Below are positions 26,005 through 40,670 of a stretch of 64,000 nt of DNA, one piece after another. This stretch comes from Octopus vulgaris. Its lineage: Eukaryota. The stretch lies in the NCBI GenBank assembly GCA_951406725.2, contig OX597825.1:62310001-62374000 (forward strand). Reading direction: 5' to 3'. The notes under the pieces were generated by a model. That model saw nothing but the letters and a program-made list of their open reading frames with translations, had not been told where the DNA came from and did no database searches. The position numbers were made by a program, and so were the translations under genes. Within the stretch, counting starts at the first letter, position 1, and each line of letters opens with the position of its first letter.

Positions 26005-26344
26005 ATTTGAATATACACCCCTTTAGTGTTATTTTAATGCATGCAATGACTTCATGTGCTCTAATGTTTCTTTTCAGGTGATGGTTTCTTAGAGCTTGGA
26101 TAGCTTTGGACCATTCCATTCAGCATTATTGCCAAAGTGATGGTGGGTGATCTATCTTGTTCTGTTCTAGTGGGGCACAAGCTCTTCAGCTCACATTTTT
26201 TGTTACATACTCATATTGAATGTAAGTATTAAGAGAAGTTCTTGTTTACTGGTAGCAGTGTCCTGAAAAACTAAATCACTTTCACAAATTATCTCCGCAT
26301 AATTCTCTCCCTTAGATATATCATCATCATCATCGCTGTTGTCG

Positions 26345-26388
<44 letters not shown>

Positions 26389-26559
26389 TCCATCGCTGTA
26401 GTCATCATTGCAGCTATTGTTCTGCCAGACACTGGCGTTTGTGGGTGGAAATGGTGGCAGGGTGTCCATTGTCATTGGTTTTGTCACCATATATGCTTTA
26501 TATTAAAAAATCTGATATGTACATATGTATGTATATCTATATATATATATGTATCTATA

Positions 26560-26595
<36 letters not shown>

Positions 26596-26602
26596 CACAC
26601 AC

Positions 26603-26633
<31 letters not shown>

Positions 26634-28799
26634 AATATATATATACATATGTATATACATACACACACATACACACACACATACAGGCACACACATAGAC
26701 ACACACACGCACAAATTGTAGGTATATACAATCAGAGATGATTGAATATAAACTGCTTCCCCATATTGTATATTAAATAGAATTGTGATAGAATACAAGA
26801 ATGGTCACATGTTCTTGAAGTTTTGAGAGTAATATGAAAACAGATTTTATATATTGGCAACAAAATGAAAATGTATTGATATAAGTAAATTTGTACAAAA
26901 CATCTCAATTCTGAAGTGATAATTTGAAAAGAGACTTCTCAGTGGTTGATGAAAATTACAATTCTCTCTCTCTTTACATTGGCACAAAAGATGATGATGG
27001 CTTCATTGAACTAATTCCAGTTATTTCTATAGACATTCAGACGAATATCTGAATAAGGTATTTTTTAAATGCCAATGTTTATAATTATCCAATACAATCT
27101 GGTAGGGAAATTTTAAGCATAAAATAAGTAAAAGAATGTGTTTTATTTTCGGACACTAAAAACTCTGATATTAGATTAGGTGTGTAATTATATTTTTGAC
27201 TTATATTCAGAATTCCATATGAAGAACAATTATTCTGTAAAGTAATGAGTTATGCCCTGGTTAGTAGACAGTGTTAGGGAATGCTAGTATGAATGTTAAA
27301 TAGATTTAAGAGAAGTTTCAACCAATAGTATTACATTTCATTAATTCCAAATATTACATGGAATAGTTTTATTCATTCAATGGTTACGCAACAGTAATAA
27401 CAAAAAAATCAACTCTCAATTGCATATTGAAACAGAAATCATTAGTAATTTCTGATATAATATACTTGCTTCCAGTATGATTGCACTAGTTGAAACATAA
27501 TGTTTGTTAACACACTAACATTGGTGCTCTCCATTATTGACTTTCATTTTATTATAGATGCTTTTCAATCATAAAAATAGAAAGATGAATTGGCAGAAAA
27601 TCAGTATTTGCTCAGATTCTCTGTGCTTTGTGTTCAAATCCTGCTGAGGACAAATTTTATTTTTCTTTTGTTTTAGGTGATAAAAAACGAACCAAACAAT
27701 ATTTGTGGATTAGTGGAACTGTAGGGCTAACAGACTGGATGCTTTACCTTATCTTTTGTACCACTTTGTGTCCTCAGTTCTAATCCAAACAGGACATATT
27801 TAGGTGCTAGACTTAATCTTGGATTCAATTTAGCATCATCACTTGTCATCTAGGTTACTGTCACCAAAGTGTACACCGTTGCAAGCATTTGAGCCAAACA
27901 TCTGGATTGAGGATATCTTTCTCAATCCCAACAGTGTTACAACCCCAGTAACATGAGCACACACACACACACATACACATATACAAGACTGGAGATTCTT
28001 CCAAAACCCTTATAAACAATTACGGTTTCTGATGAACTATTAACAATTATGAACTTGTTTTACTGCCTATTTTGAACTCTTTTACGTAAACTGTTTAACC
28101 ACAAAGCCTCTCTTAACATTTTTTTATCATTGCCAAAGACTCTATCACTGTATTTTAATACATCTATGTTTTTTTATACTCCAGGCACAAGGCCCAACAT
28201 TTTGGGGAAGTGGGCAGTCGATTATATCAACCCCAGTGTGCAACAGGTACTTAATTTATCAACCCCGAAAGGATGTAAGGTAATGTTGACCTCAGCAGAA
28301 TTTGAACTCAGAATGTAAAGACAAATGAAATACCGCTAAGCATTTTGCCTGGCGTGCTAACGTTTCTGCCAGCTCGCTGTCTTCTATGTTACCTTTTTTC
28401 TTCATCTCCAGTCTTGTATATGTGTATATGTGTGTGTGTTTGTGTGTTTGTGTGTGTGCGTGTGTGGTCATTTTACTGGGGCTGTAACATCTATGTTAAC
28501 TAATCTTTAACACCACAAAAGCTACACAAAGGCTTTCACTTTAGTTTTGAAAATCATTTCTTTTTAAAAGTGAAACTGGTCAAGTCAATAAACACTTTTA
28601 AAAGACCTCTGCATTTTCAAATCCTCTTCCCTATATATTTTTACTCATGAGTTATCTTCTGATTTTACTTTGTTATACACACACACACACACACACACAC
28701 ACTGATGGTGCAATGGGTATATTGTTACAATTCTATATTTTTTATTTCATTCATGCACATTGTTTGTTTTTGATTTTGTCAACTACACATTATAGTAAG

Positions 28800-29238
28800 G
28801 TCAGTTGGCTAACACCTATGAGGAAAACAGCACCATGACGCTATTCACTCTGCCAGAAATTTGGAAAACACATGCTGAACTGCTTGGCATTTGTGTCAGA
28901 AGCTCCAATAGTGTTTGGGTGTCAATCAGAGGACATGTACCAAGGGTGATAAAAATCAAACATACAGTCAACATCATAGTGTTTGGAGAGATCACTAGTG
29001 ATGGTAACGTTATGCCTCCATTCTTCTTGCCACACAGTGTCAGACTCAACATGGAGGCCTACATTTAGTGCCTGGAGGAGGTACCACTGCCCTGGATCAA
29101 GTGGGTAGCTGCTGGAAGACCCTTTGTCTGGTAGCATGAATCTGCACCATTCCACACAACCCAGTCATGCACTGTCAGACTATTTCTGTGGCCACATCAC
29201 CCCTTACATCTGGCCACCTAACTCATCAGACTGCAACT
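28800..29238 (+). mobile_element. Tc1/mariner (DD37D/maT-like) transposase fragment
   Basis: KHTVNIIVFGEITSDGNVMPPFF, HESAPFHT, WPPNSSDCN; second copy at 62340-63091. Confidence 0.75.
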
Positions 29239-29239
29239 T

Positions 29240-29537
29240 GGAGGTTTGGATCATTCACCTTTGGAAACATGGGTGGTTCGTTCAACATCCTTAAACAATC
29301 ATTATTCAGGGACCTTTTGAGTAGGATGGGCTACTCGACCTAAAGAAAATTCTAACTGGGCCCCACCTGCAAGGTCATGCACTGTTTATCTTGGTATGAG
29401 ATTACCATGTCAGGCACAAATAGTTGTGATGCATGTGCCTGGTGTACCCTTATCAGACAGGTAGTCATGATGGGTATGCTAGGCTTTGTATATTTTACCC
29501 CAATGTCACTTTGATGGCATGCACTGCTCTCTCACTC

Positions 29538-29540
<3 letters not shown>
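29240..29540 (+). mobile_element. Retroelement 3' end terminating in (AAT)n
   Basis: ...GCATGCACTGCTCTCTCACTC(AAT)n; longer inverted copy at 42062-42610. Confidence 0.7.
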
Positions 29541-29624
<84 letters not shown>

Positions 29625-29676
29625 AAGAAGAAGAAGATGAGGATTAGAGGGGAAAATATAAAAATTAGCACTGCTG

Positions 29677-29799
<123 letters not shown>

Positions 29800-29815
29800 C
29801 TAATAATAATAATAC

Positions 29816-29850
<35 letters not shown>

Positions 29851-29851
<1 letters not shown>

Positions 29852-30395
29852 GCTATGCCAACACTATGGAATAACAACAGAAAAAAGATGGTATAAGCAC
29901 ATGCCAGAAAAGGTCACAGAAAACGAGAAAGCAACCATACTCTGGGATATGCCAATACACACAGAAAGAGAAATTAAGGCCAACAGATCAGATATAGTTG
30001 TCAGAGATCATGAAGAAAAAACTGATTTCTAATTGATGTATCAATACCAGCAGATGACAACGTTTCTCTAAAAGAAATAGAGAAACTCTCAAAATACAAA
30101 GACCTGGAAATAGAGGTAACCAGAATGTAGAATCTGAAAACAGAAACAATTCCTATCATAGTAGGTGAATTGGGCATGATAAAAAAATATTCAGACAAAT
30201 ACATAACAAAAACACCAGGACTTACAAACACATATAACATACAGAAAATTGCACTACTAGGCACTGTACACATCCTATGCAGAACACTTTCCATACAATA
30301 ACCATCAGAGCATCACAACAAATCACAGCACATACCCAAGGCACACAGAGCTGCGCTCGGTAGTGAAGTGAAAGCACGCTATAAAAATAAAACTA

Positions 30396-30400
<5 letters not shown>
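29851..30400 (+). mobile_element. R4/Dong-like non-LTR element 3' end (restriction-like endonuclease) within (TAA)n
   Basis: ILWDMPIHTEREIKANRSDIVV..LIDVSIP..KEIEKLSKYKDLEIE..PIIVGELG; TAA repeats on both sides. Confidence 0.85.
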
Positions 30401-30465
<65 letters not shown>

Positions 30466-33116
30466 GTGGCAATAATGGTTGAGGTGATGACAATAATAAG
30501 AGTAAAAATAAGAATCATACTTGACAACGGTATTCTAAAACTCAATTATGTAATAATGAAGCATTATGCTGAAATCCTTCTGGTGCAATAAATATAATTA
30601 TGCAAATGGCAAAAGAATTTTTTTGTGCAATAGCAAGTAATTTTCCTCTTTCAAGTAATTATTGAGAAATATTTAATAAGCATGTTTGTTACACACTCTT
30701 TTTCAAACAAGCATAATTTAGCAGACTACATCTCTGCTATTAATCACAATAAGATTAAGAAATATTTGATTAGTAATAAGAGCATATGTTCAAGCGTAGG
30801 TATAAGCCAAACCTACTTTATTAGGCCTTATTCTAAGGTCATGCCTATAATGGTTCATGTAAAACTGTTATTTCCAAGGCTGATTTTTCCCAGCACTTCC
30901 AATATAATGAGCTTTAACAAAAGTGGTTGTAATAATAACATTAATGACGTCAATGATGATGATGATACTAATAATAATAGCAAAAGGTACAGAATTGATA
31001 ACAACAGCATTTATAATAAATGCAGTTATTATCGAGGCACTATTAATTTGAATAATATTAATGATAACAACAATAATAATGACAATTCTAATCTCTCTGA
31101 CACTGATGAATATCTAATTGACGTCTGTAATCATATAATAATTTATGGAATGAGGATGGAAGTACGAGCGCAGAGAATAACTCTGCTGATAATTAATGTG
31201 AATGTGCTAATCCAATTGACTCCGTACCCAACCTAATTCACCTTCCCAGTTTAACTAATATATGCAACTGTAAGAAAAATACGGTTTGCCCACTTGATAA
31301 TAAATGTTTAACCTAGTATATTGTATGTAAATAGAATATTGGAAAGAAAATAAATCAACGAACTTTCACTTACGTGACTTGCTATCTTAAATCAAGATAC
31401 ATAGTAGCTCCACACACTTCGAAGGAGAGATAAGGTGAAATAAACATCTCACATCACAAAGATCTGGTAATTAAAAAAAAAAAATATTGAAAATTGTTTA
31501 TCAGAGAGAATTGTTAAATATGCTGAGACATATTTTACTGATCATTATGGTTGCAATATCTTTTGTACTGAACTATTAGAAATCTCAAAATGCTTGAATA
31601 ACATTATTAATAAATTTGATGCATTGAGAAACAAATGTTCCCCTTCTACTCAGACAACTTTCTTTTAGTTTAAGCATTTACTTGAACTTAATTCAAAATT
31701 CTCTAGTGTATTATAATACAACTCTCTTAATTATACATTTATTCCAAAAACCTTACAAATAGTTTATTTAATTTGAATTTAAACAAATTTATTGTAATAG
31801 CATTTGAACCATATAAAACTGGTTTGTGTAACTTAATATCTTCATAATATAGTGATTCTAGAAAGCCAATTAAATTAATAGAATTTGTCCAAAACTTCAA
31901 ATTTAGCACTTTACCTAGTTAGAACCTATGAAGGATTTTCACTCTACTTTTGCTACTCTTCATATTTTGATGTCTTTTACTAGGGAGATGATTTTTTTAT
32001 GCATTTATTTATTATATCTGATTAAATTTTAATTTTAGCTTTTGTGCTTATATAATACTTTATATTTGTTATAATTTAAATTATCTTAATTGACTCATTT
32101 CAGATGTTATACTAAATTATAATCTTTGCTAAGTGGAGCAGTATTGTTATAATCTGGTGTACTTGAATTATAGCTAATCTAGTTTTTCCTTAGTACAATT
32201 ATTGGTTTTGCTTCTCTTTTCTATTAATTTTGGCACCCTAGTTTCATAACTTCACATTAAAAGATTTATTTTAAATTTCTGACATTTAAGCTAATGTAGA
32301 TATACATATATTTATGAATTGGTTACTAATTTTTAAACTTATAACCATCTATACAGGTTTAATTTATACTTATTATTAACTGTGTCTGTTTGAACCACAT
32401 GGTGCCAAACATATCTTCTCCTTTCCTCTATTAATTGATCGTGTTCTGTTTTTCTTTAACCATTTAGTATTATTGCCATGTAATTATAGCTTCTCAATGA
32501 TTGAGTCATACTTGTTTTTTCTTATTCTTCCCAATCTCATATTTTCACAAAATAGTTTTTAGAATCTCTTACATTTCTATACATTAATCTTCTATGTAAT
32601 TTATCTCTACACTAATTAGCTCTTTTTTCGCTTAACTTACTCTAGAGTATTCATTCTAATTATTTTACTGTAATTAAACTATAAACATTCGTTCATATTA
32701 GATATACCTAAATAAGTAAACACCACCAATGTTATCTACCCATACATCTGACTATTACAACGATGTTATATAATGAAAGAAATATAATTTATTACGTCTC
32801 TTTACAACCGCGTCTGTCACTTACTTCAAAGAACTGACGGGGTCAGTTTTGAATCTGACGCTGGTTTCTGTTATAAGGAATTCGTGCTGCTAGTCTGTGA
32901 TTCTGGACGGAGTCGGCAGATTTAAAGGTAGCTGAAGATAAAATATGTCTTTCAACTTTTCTTCTATTAAACTTTTATCTCCCACCAATCTTCTCACTTG
33001 AGGAGTCTGCTTTGGGCATGTATCTTTCTCTGGCAGCCTAGTTTCACTACTTGCAACTTCTGTTTAACTGATTATTATCCGGCCAACTTCTGTATTGAAC
33101 TATTGGTATTCTTGCC

Positions 33117-33315
33117 GGGCGAAATGCTTAGCGGTATTTCGTCTGCGTTATGTTGTGAGTTCAAATTCCGCTGAGGTCGACTTTGCCTTTCATCCTTTCG
33201 GGGTCAATAAATTAAGTACCAGTTACGCACTGGGGTCGATGTAATCGACTTAATACCTATGTCTGTCCTTGTTTGTCCGCTCTGTGTTTAGCCCCTTGTG
33301 GGTAATAAAGAAATA
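33117..33315 (+). mobile_element. 5'-truncated SINE (second family) with TSD
   Basis: TSD GG(T/C)ATTCTTGC at 33106 and 33316. Confidence 0.85.
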
Positions 33316-33905
33316 GGCATTCTTGCTTTGGGTGTTCATATGTTGCTGAAGCTACTAGTCTAGTAAGGGTATCAAATACTGAAACACATATGATTGTCTG
33401 ATTAATTTAGTTATTATATAATGGCGTATTGCAGAATCTTATGAATGATGCATGCCTTAACTGAATGAATGCACGATGTTACATTCTAATAAAATATTCT
33501 CATGAAACATTGTAGCGAGACCATATTATCCATTCATCTTTATTTATCATCGTCACACACTGACACACACATACACACACATTGTGAGGGATCATGGCTT
33601 AGTGGTTAGGGTGTTGTACTCACAATTGCAAGATCATAATTTCAATTCCTAGATCGGGTGGTGTGTTGCGTTCTTGAGCAAAACACGTCATTTTGCATCG
33701 CTCTGTGATCACTTCAACTCCAGATGCATTGTACACAGTGCACCTGTTCAGGCGACATCGATTTTATGGAGGGTGTCAGCTAATGTGCAGCATGAGCATT
33801 TGATCAATATAAATGAATCATTTGTGCAGGCTGCTCAGCAAAAATTGAATACTAATACATCGTCTTTGACCTGAGAGTCCATCTCACACACACACACAGA
33901 GACAC

Positions 33906-33984
<79 letters not shown>

Positions 33985-33989
33985 TATAC

Positions 33990-34335
33990 TCTCTCTTTTA
34001 CTTATTTACTCTTTTACTTGTTTCAGTCATTTGACTGCAGCCATACTGGAGCACTGCCTTTAGTCGAGCAAATCGACCCCAGGACTTATTCTTTGGAAGC
34101 TTACTAGTTACTCTATCAGTCTATTTTGCTGAACCACTAAGTTACGGGAATGTAAACACACCAGCATCGACTGTCAAGCAATGTTGGCACCTTGGGCAAG
34201 TGTCTTCTACAACAGCCTTGGCCCACTAAAGCCTTGGAAGTGGATTTCATAGACCGAAAATCAGAAAATGAAAGAAGCCAGTCATATATATATATATATA
34301 TGTACATATATGTGTGTATGTGTGTGTGTGTGTGT

Positions 34336-34367
<32 letters not shown>

Positions 34368-34612
34368 CTATCTGTCTGTCTGTTTTCCCACCACTGCTTG
34401 ACAACTGGTGTTGGTGTTGGAGTTGGTGTGTTTGCATCCCCATAACTTAACAGTTCAACAAAAGAATTCAATAGAATAAGTATTTGGCTTAAAAAAGAAG
34501 TACTGGAGTTGATTCATTCGACTAAAAGCTCAAGGCTGTGCTTCAACATGACTACTGTCTAATGACTGACACAAGTAAAAGAATAAGAGAATAAAAGAAT
34601 AAAAGAATAAAA
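33990..34612. mobile_element. Two fused oppositely oriented CORE-like SINE fragments
   Basis: Minus-strand 3' half 33990-34185 abuts a plus-strand copy 34186-34612. Confidence 0.8.
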
Positions 34613-35496
34613 TCAAGTATTATACAATATCTAAACGTATGTATATAATGTTGTGTGGCTCTTTTTTATTCTAGCTTTCATAAGTTGGATATCTGTTGAG
34701 GTACCTCTTCAAGGTGGACATAACTTTCGTTGACTGCTTCAGCAGTTGTGTGTGTAATGGAGGAACAGAGTATTATCTAGGAAAATTAAGGGCAGCTATT
34801 TGTGAGAGACCAGTGATATTTTGGTATGACCTGTATTGTAGAAGGGCAGTTTAAGTGAGATTTAACATGCTTGCCACTAACAACAACAAGCAGGAATCAT
34901 AGGACGTGAAGGAATATTTGAAAATCATTCAAGAAAACGAATCAATATTGAAGTTCAAAAGCTAGTGATTGTCCACTCCAAAATCACAACTCACACATGG
35001 TATGACGATATCCAGTGAAGCATGGCTCAATAACAGTTACCATTTAAGGCAATCTAATTTCAGAGTGTAAATAGACAGATAGAAGCTGAGCCAGGTTTTT
35101 CATGCACAGATAGCCAGCTTGTTCCAAGATATTAATTTTTTTTTTTTTCAATGATTTGATTTTGAAGAAGGGACCATGTGTATGGCCCCTGAAACTCTTT
35201 TGAGAGTGGTGAGACTGAAGTAATTGATGTTCCTTTTAAACAGCTGCAAGTTGACAGCTATCAGAAAAAGATGGGCATTGAGGAAATTCCAGAAGAAGGA
35301 TCAAGCATAATAGTTACTGCAATGCTTGGGGAGATACATGCAATTTGAGTGTTGAGAGAAGAGAGAGACTTGTGAGTTAAGATTGCCAAACTGGGGATGG
35401 TATGGGTTGAGCTACCTCAGAGGAAAAGAAGCTACTGTAATAACAGTAGAAAAGAAGCATTATATGAGAGACACAGCATACATATGGGTTAAAGGT

Positions 35497-35706
35497 ATCT
35501 CTTTTACTCTTACTTGTTTCAGTTATTTGACTGTGGCCATACTGGAGCACTGCCTTTAGTGGAACAAATTGATCCCAGGACTTATTCTTTGTAAGCCTAG
35601 TACAAGTCACTTTTGCCGAACTGCTAAGTTACAGGGATGTAAACACACCAGCATCGGTTGTCAAGCGATGTTGGGGGTACAAACACAGACACAAACATAT
35701 ACAGAC

Positions 35707-35741
<35 letters not shown>

Positions 35742-35919
35742 AATACATGTATATAATGGGATTCTTTCAGTTTCCATCTACCAAATCCACTCACAAAGCT
35801 TTGGTCAGCCCGAGGCTATAGTAGAAGACACTTGCCCAAGGTACCACACAGTGGGACTGGACCCAGAACCATGTGGTTTGGTAAGCAAGCTACTTATCAC
35901 ACTGCCACTCCTGCACCTA
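35497..35919 (-). mobile_element. CORE-like SINE
   Basis: Same family; further minus copies at 37370-37803, 38745-39143, 45265-45585, 57900-58368, 59870-60100, 63190-63348. Confidence 0.85.
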
Positions 35920-37857
35920 TAATTTATATGCAATTTCATGCTAGGGTGGTCTTTTTTGTTTTAGATGCATTCTAGAATGTCTGTGAGTGTAATTTTAGCA
36001 ATATCCCAGATACTGAGGCAGAGTTGCGTTGTGAGTCTCATTCAATGGAAGCTAAAGGAATTTACAACCCTGAAGAGGAAGGTTAATCTTTATGGTTCTC
36101 TTATTGCTATGATGGTGGAGGTGCGTGGCTTAGTTGTTAGGGTGTCAGCATCATGATTGTAAAATTGTGGTTTCAATTCCTGGACTGGGCGACGCGTTGT
36201 GTTCTTGAGCAAAGCACATCACTTCACGTTGCTCCAGTCCACTCAGCTGGCAAAAATGAGTAATGCTGCGATGGACAAGTGTCCAGTCCAGCTGGAGAAC
36301 ACATACACCATTGAAACCGGGAAACCGGGCCGATGAGCTTGGCTAGGCTTTAAAAGGGCGCATTTATTTTAATTTTATTGCTATGATGACAAAAGGAAGC
36401 TCTAATCCTATCCATCTAACTTCATGTTTTTGTTAATGTGTTTATGTTGGAATAGTCAGTAAATTACAATGACACCTGCTTCAACCTTTTCTTCTGCAGA
36501 TGTGATGAAAGATAATTTCTGTCTCAGCTTTCTAAGTTTTCCCTTTTCTCTGAAGTCATCGTCCTTGAGAACAGCAGTCCCAACCATCCCACCTCTTAGG
36601 CTTTACACTCCTTCTTTCTTCAACACTGGCAGGGCTGGGGCAGAAGCAAAAATCTTTTACAATTCTCTGCAAACCCTAACAGAATTCCTTACATACATTC
36701 TTCACTGATAAATGGACATTCCAAATACCATTTATATCTATTTCTCATTTCCAAATCCAGCCTCTCCTAAAATATCTCCATTTATGCATCTATCAGTTCA
36801 TCCAGCCACTGCCTAATCAAGTACACTGGTCACACATCCCAATTTTATGCAACACTTACGTTCCATCATTTTGTGCTGCAAGTCAGTTGATTCATTGCAG
36901 ATCCACCAGTTTCATGCCAGCTATCCCTTTTAACACGTCTACTTCCCTTCTGATCAATCAGACTATACCAGTCATGGAAGGCGGCAAGACGAAAACCTTT
37001 TCTTATTCAACTTCCATTCTGTTCTGTTAAATGTTAAATATACAAGCTGTGTATGAATGCTCTCCTCCCGGATTGGAATAAATATACCATGTACATGAAG
37101 GCTTCGAAAACTCATATGAATTGTTGTTGTTTCTCACTAGATTAATTCCTACAGCTATTGAAGGATGACCGAACATTATATTAAATTAGTGGGCTAAAAG
37201 CTCACTAAATATTTTTCACATCATTCTCACAAGTAAAACACATTATAAACACAAATAACCAAAAAGGTTTACATGTAAATGTACTTCAGTACTACAGGCA
37301 ATGCCAAAGGACTACAGCATCCACATACTGGACAGCTGTTTACCTACCACTATCCAAAATACTATTAGACTCTTTCTTTTACTCTTTTACTCTTTACTCT
37401 TTTACTTGTTTCAGTTATTTGACTGCAGCCATGCTGAAGCACCGCCTTTAGTCAAGCAAATCGACTCCGGGACTTATTCTTCGTAAGCCCAGTAATTATT
37501 CTGTCGGTTGCTTTTGCCGAACCGCTAAGTTACGGGGACGTAAACACACCAGCATCGGTTGTCAAGCAATGCTAGAGGGACAAACACAGACACACAAACA
37601 TACACACACACACACATATATATATATATACATATATACGACAGGCTTCTTTCAGTTTCTGTCTACCAAATCCACTCACAAGGCTTTGGTTGGCCCGAGG
37701 CTATAGGAGAAAACACTTGCCCAAGATGCCATGCAGTGGGACTGAACCTGGAACCATGTGGTTGGTTAGCAAGCTACTTACCACACAGCTACTCCTGTGC
37801 CTATCCAAAATACCACAACATCAATAAGGAAAACACAAAAGATTTATTCATACACTT

Positions 37858-38121
37858 GACTGGCTTCGGTGCCGGTGGCACGTAATAAGCACCACCTGAT
37901 CGTGGCCGTTGCCAGCTTCCCCTGGCACCTGTGCTGGTGGCAAGTAAAAAGCACCAACTACACTTACAGAGTGGTTGGTGTTAGGAAGAGCATCCAGCTT
38001 TAGAAACACTTCCAGATCAGACTGGAGCCTGGTGCAGCCTCCTGGCTTCCCAGACCCTGGTTGAAGCGTCTAACCCATGCTAGCATGGAAAACGGACGTT
38101 AAACGACGATGATGATGATGA
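37858..38121 (+). mobile_element. (GAT)n-tailed SINE
   Basis: Same family as 7833. Confidence 0.8.
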
Positions 38122-39538
38122 CTGCTCAGTTCACAAACTCTGTCACTTCTCAAACTGTAGTTAATCCTTCTGGTCCCTTGCCAAAAAGAAATTTAATAAT
38201 ACTCTCATTTCCAATCCCCAAACCATAATTCTTCATTAAGCAGTAACCCTATGAAAATAACAAAAACAAAAAAACTTCCCTGTTTCTGCCAACATTGAAT
38301 CCAAATGAGCACTGCACATAACAAAAAGACTCCCAAATTTCATTTGCCCAATCCGTTACTTGTCTAATTGTATCACCCTAAATACAAGTCAAGTGCAAAA
38401 GCTTCTCTAGTAATTTTAAACCAAGAATACTACCAGACATGATGGTGTCATTTCTTTTATCTTTAAATAATATTGTTCAGAAATAAACTGAGCAAACATC
38501 ATTTTAATGTCTCTTTCTCTTTTCAGGAATCTTTTCCTCATCTTGCAAAATCCATGCAGTGAAAAATATCATCTTATTGAGTTAAGTTTTATTTACTAAA
38601 ACAACAAACTACAGCTCACACAGTAAAATGTAAATGCAACTGGTTCAGCATATGCAAAGGTGTCATGCAGGCTTGCATCCTGTTGCCAGACTGGTTCATC
38701 ATAAGCTGAGAAATAGTTAAGAGAATGACTCTGAGAGGGTATACTCTTTTTTTTTACTCTTTTACTTGTTTCAGTTATTTGACTGTGGCCATGCTGGAGC
38801 ACCACCTTTATTCGAGAAAATTGACCACAAGACTTATTCTTTGTAAGCCCAGTACTTATTCTATCAGTCTCTTTTGCAGAACCGCTAAGTTATGGGGACG
38901 TAAACACACCAGCATTAGTTGTCAAGTGATGTTGGGGTGGGGGGGACAAACACAGACGCACAAACATATACACACAAATATACATATATATGACAGGCTT
39001 CTTTCAGTTTTCGTCTACCAAATCCACTCACAAGGCTTTGGTCAGCCCGAGGCTATAATAGAAGGCACTTATCCGAGGTGCCATGCAGTGGCACTGAAAC
39101 CAGAACCATGTTGTTGGTAAGCAAGCTACTTACCGCACAGCCAAGCTGTTTTTTTTTTTCATATATGACAGTGGTGAGTGGGTCAGTAGACTAAAAGATA
39201 CTAGTGATATCACCTTGTTTACAACCAACCACAAGTAGTAATAAAAGGACTGTTTCTCTATGCAAAATATAGCTGTCAAATTGTTCATCTATAACAAACC
39301 ATTTTACTGTTGAAAGGATTCAGAGCAATATAACTCATGAGGCATGGCATTGCTTTCCATTTCTTGCTACCAATCTCAGAGATACTTTGTTCTTCCTCCC
39401 CTCACAAAGCAATAAAAACTGTATCTTTCAAACTTCTGGAGCTAATAAAAATCATTCACAAGCTATTAACTATAACCTCCACTAAACATATTTATTTTTG
39501 AATGCCACAATAAAATATTATTGTTGTCAATAATATTA

Positions 39539-40670
39539 CTATTATTACCTCAGACTTAGCAAAGGTGGAGGTATTGTTTTCAGTTGTTTGTTTGTTTGTT
39601 AGTCCATGGACATGAAATATAAAAGCAGGACTAGACTACTTCATGCGCAACTCCATTGTCTCCTGAGACAGAAAGGATGCCAATACAATACAAGTCCATG
39701 GACAAGATATCTCACGAACTGCAGGATGAATTCGGATGAAACTTTCAGACATGTTTGGCAGCATTACTAGCATGAACTGATTAGATTTTGGGATTGATTT
39801 GATACCGTACAAGGATTCTGGATTATTTGTTACATTTACTTTTCTTTACATGAAGATTACGATCTTACATTGACGTTCAAGTCTTTCTCTGATTATCTCC
39901 CTAAAAAGCACACTCATGGTTTCCATGTAAGCTATGGCGGCATTGCTGTTTCCAAAGTTTTATTTTCATTTGTCTATTCTTAATTTTACTCAGATCTCTA
40001 TTTTAGTAGAAACTGATGGATAAAGAAATCAAACTACATAAACAAACAGCAGCAAAACCGTTCAGAAATTAAATAATACTAACATATTCAGTAACAATAA
40101 TAAATTTAATTTATCCTCGACAACTTTTAGCTTTACCAATTTTGAATATTTTGCTTCTATTTCAAATCTCTTACCTATTTGACAATTGCATTTCTAGCTC
40201 TGGCTTGAAAGAAAATTTACTTCTTGGACTCACGTTTTTGAGTGCAACTATGTTGTTAAACCTCCATTAACAGCACCATATGCAGGTCCTTTTCATTTTC
40301 TTTGATGTACAGATAAATTTTTCACTATATCAGGACACTATATCAGTGGACAGACTAAAAAAAAGCCTTCATAGAGAAAACTGTCCCTGTTCCCACTGCA
40401 GACGACACATTACAAACACGGACCACACACCAACGTTTACATTCCTTGAGTACCACAGGGATCGATCAGGTACCGGACAAGGATTCTGGATTATTTTTCC
40501 AGTTTTTTTACTTAATTTTTTAGTGCCGTTGGGTTCATTCTTAGTATTCTCATTTGTGAGAGCTATCGAGTTTATTTCAGATATTCTCATTTTAAAAATC
40601 ATCTCTGGCTAATCATTACGAGGACGTGGCTTGCCTTGGCAGAAGTTTGCACTCTCTGAGTGATCTTGTT
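39539..40670 (+). mobile_element. Helentron/DINE-like non-autonomous element with internal insertions
   Basis: TTATTACCTC.. start, GTTT microsatellite, 3' GGCAGAAGTTTGCACTCTCTGAGTG; compact copy at 53054-53403. Confidence 0.6.

Larger units (their letters stand above)
23750..26200 (-). mobile_element. Old decayed Penelope-like element with nested insertions
   Basis: Remnant peptides VAIDVDIAWALTNLV, NYADDISIVIK, a YKIN..SAAYVNE nuclease-like stretch and NIEVKILYRA. Confidence 0.45.

Noticed and set aside
26203-26490. Acidic 95 aa ORF
   Set aside because: Mostly a (GAT)n repeat; no recognisable domain.
30682-31236. 184 aa Asn-rich ORF
   Set aside because: Second half is decayed AAT repeat; no domain recognised.
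31500-32780. Possible mitochondrial insertion (NUMT)
   Set aside because: AT-rich, but no recognisable mitochondrial gene or tRNA motif.
36860-37018. Possible additional minus-strand exon
   Set aside because: Good gtaagt donor, but the acceptor lacks a pyrimidine tract.
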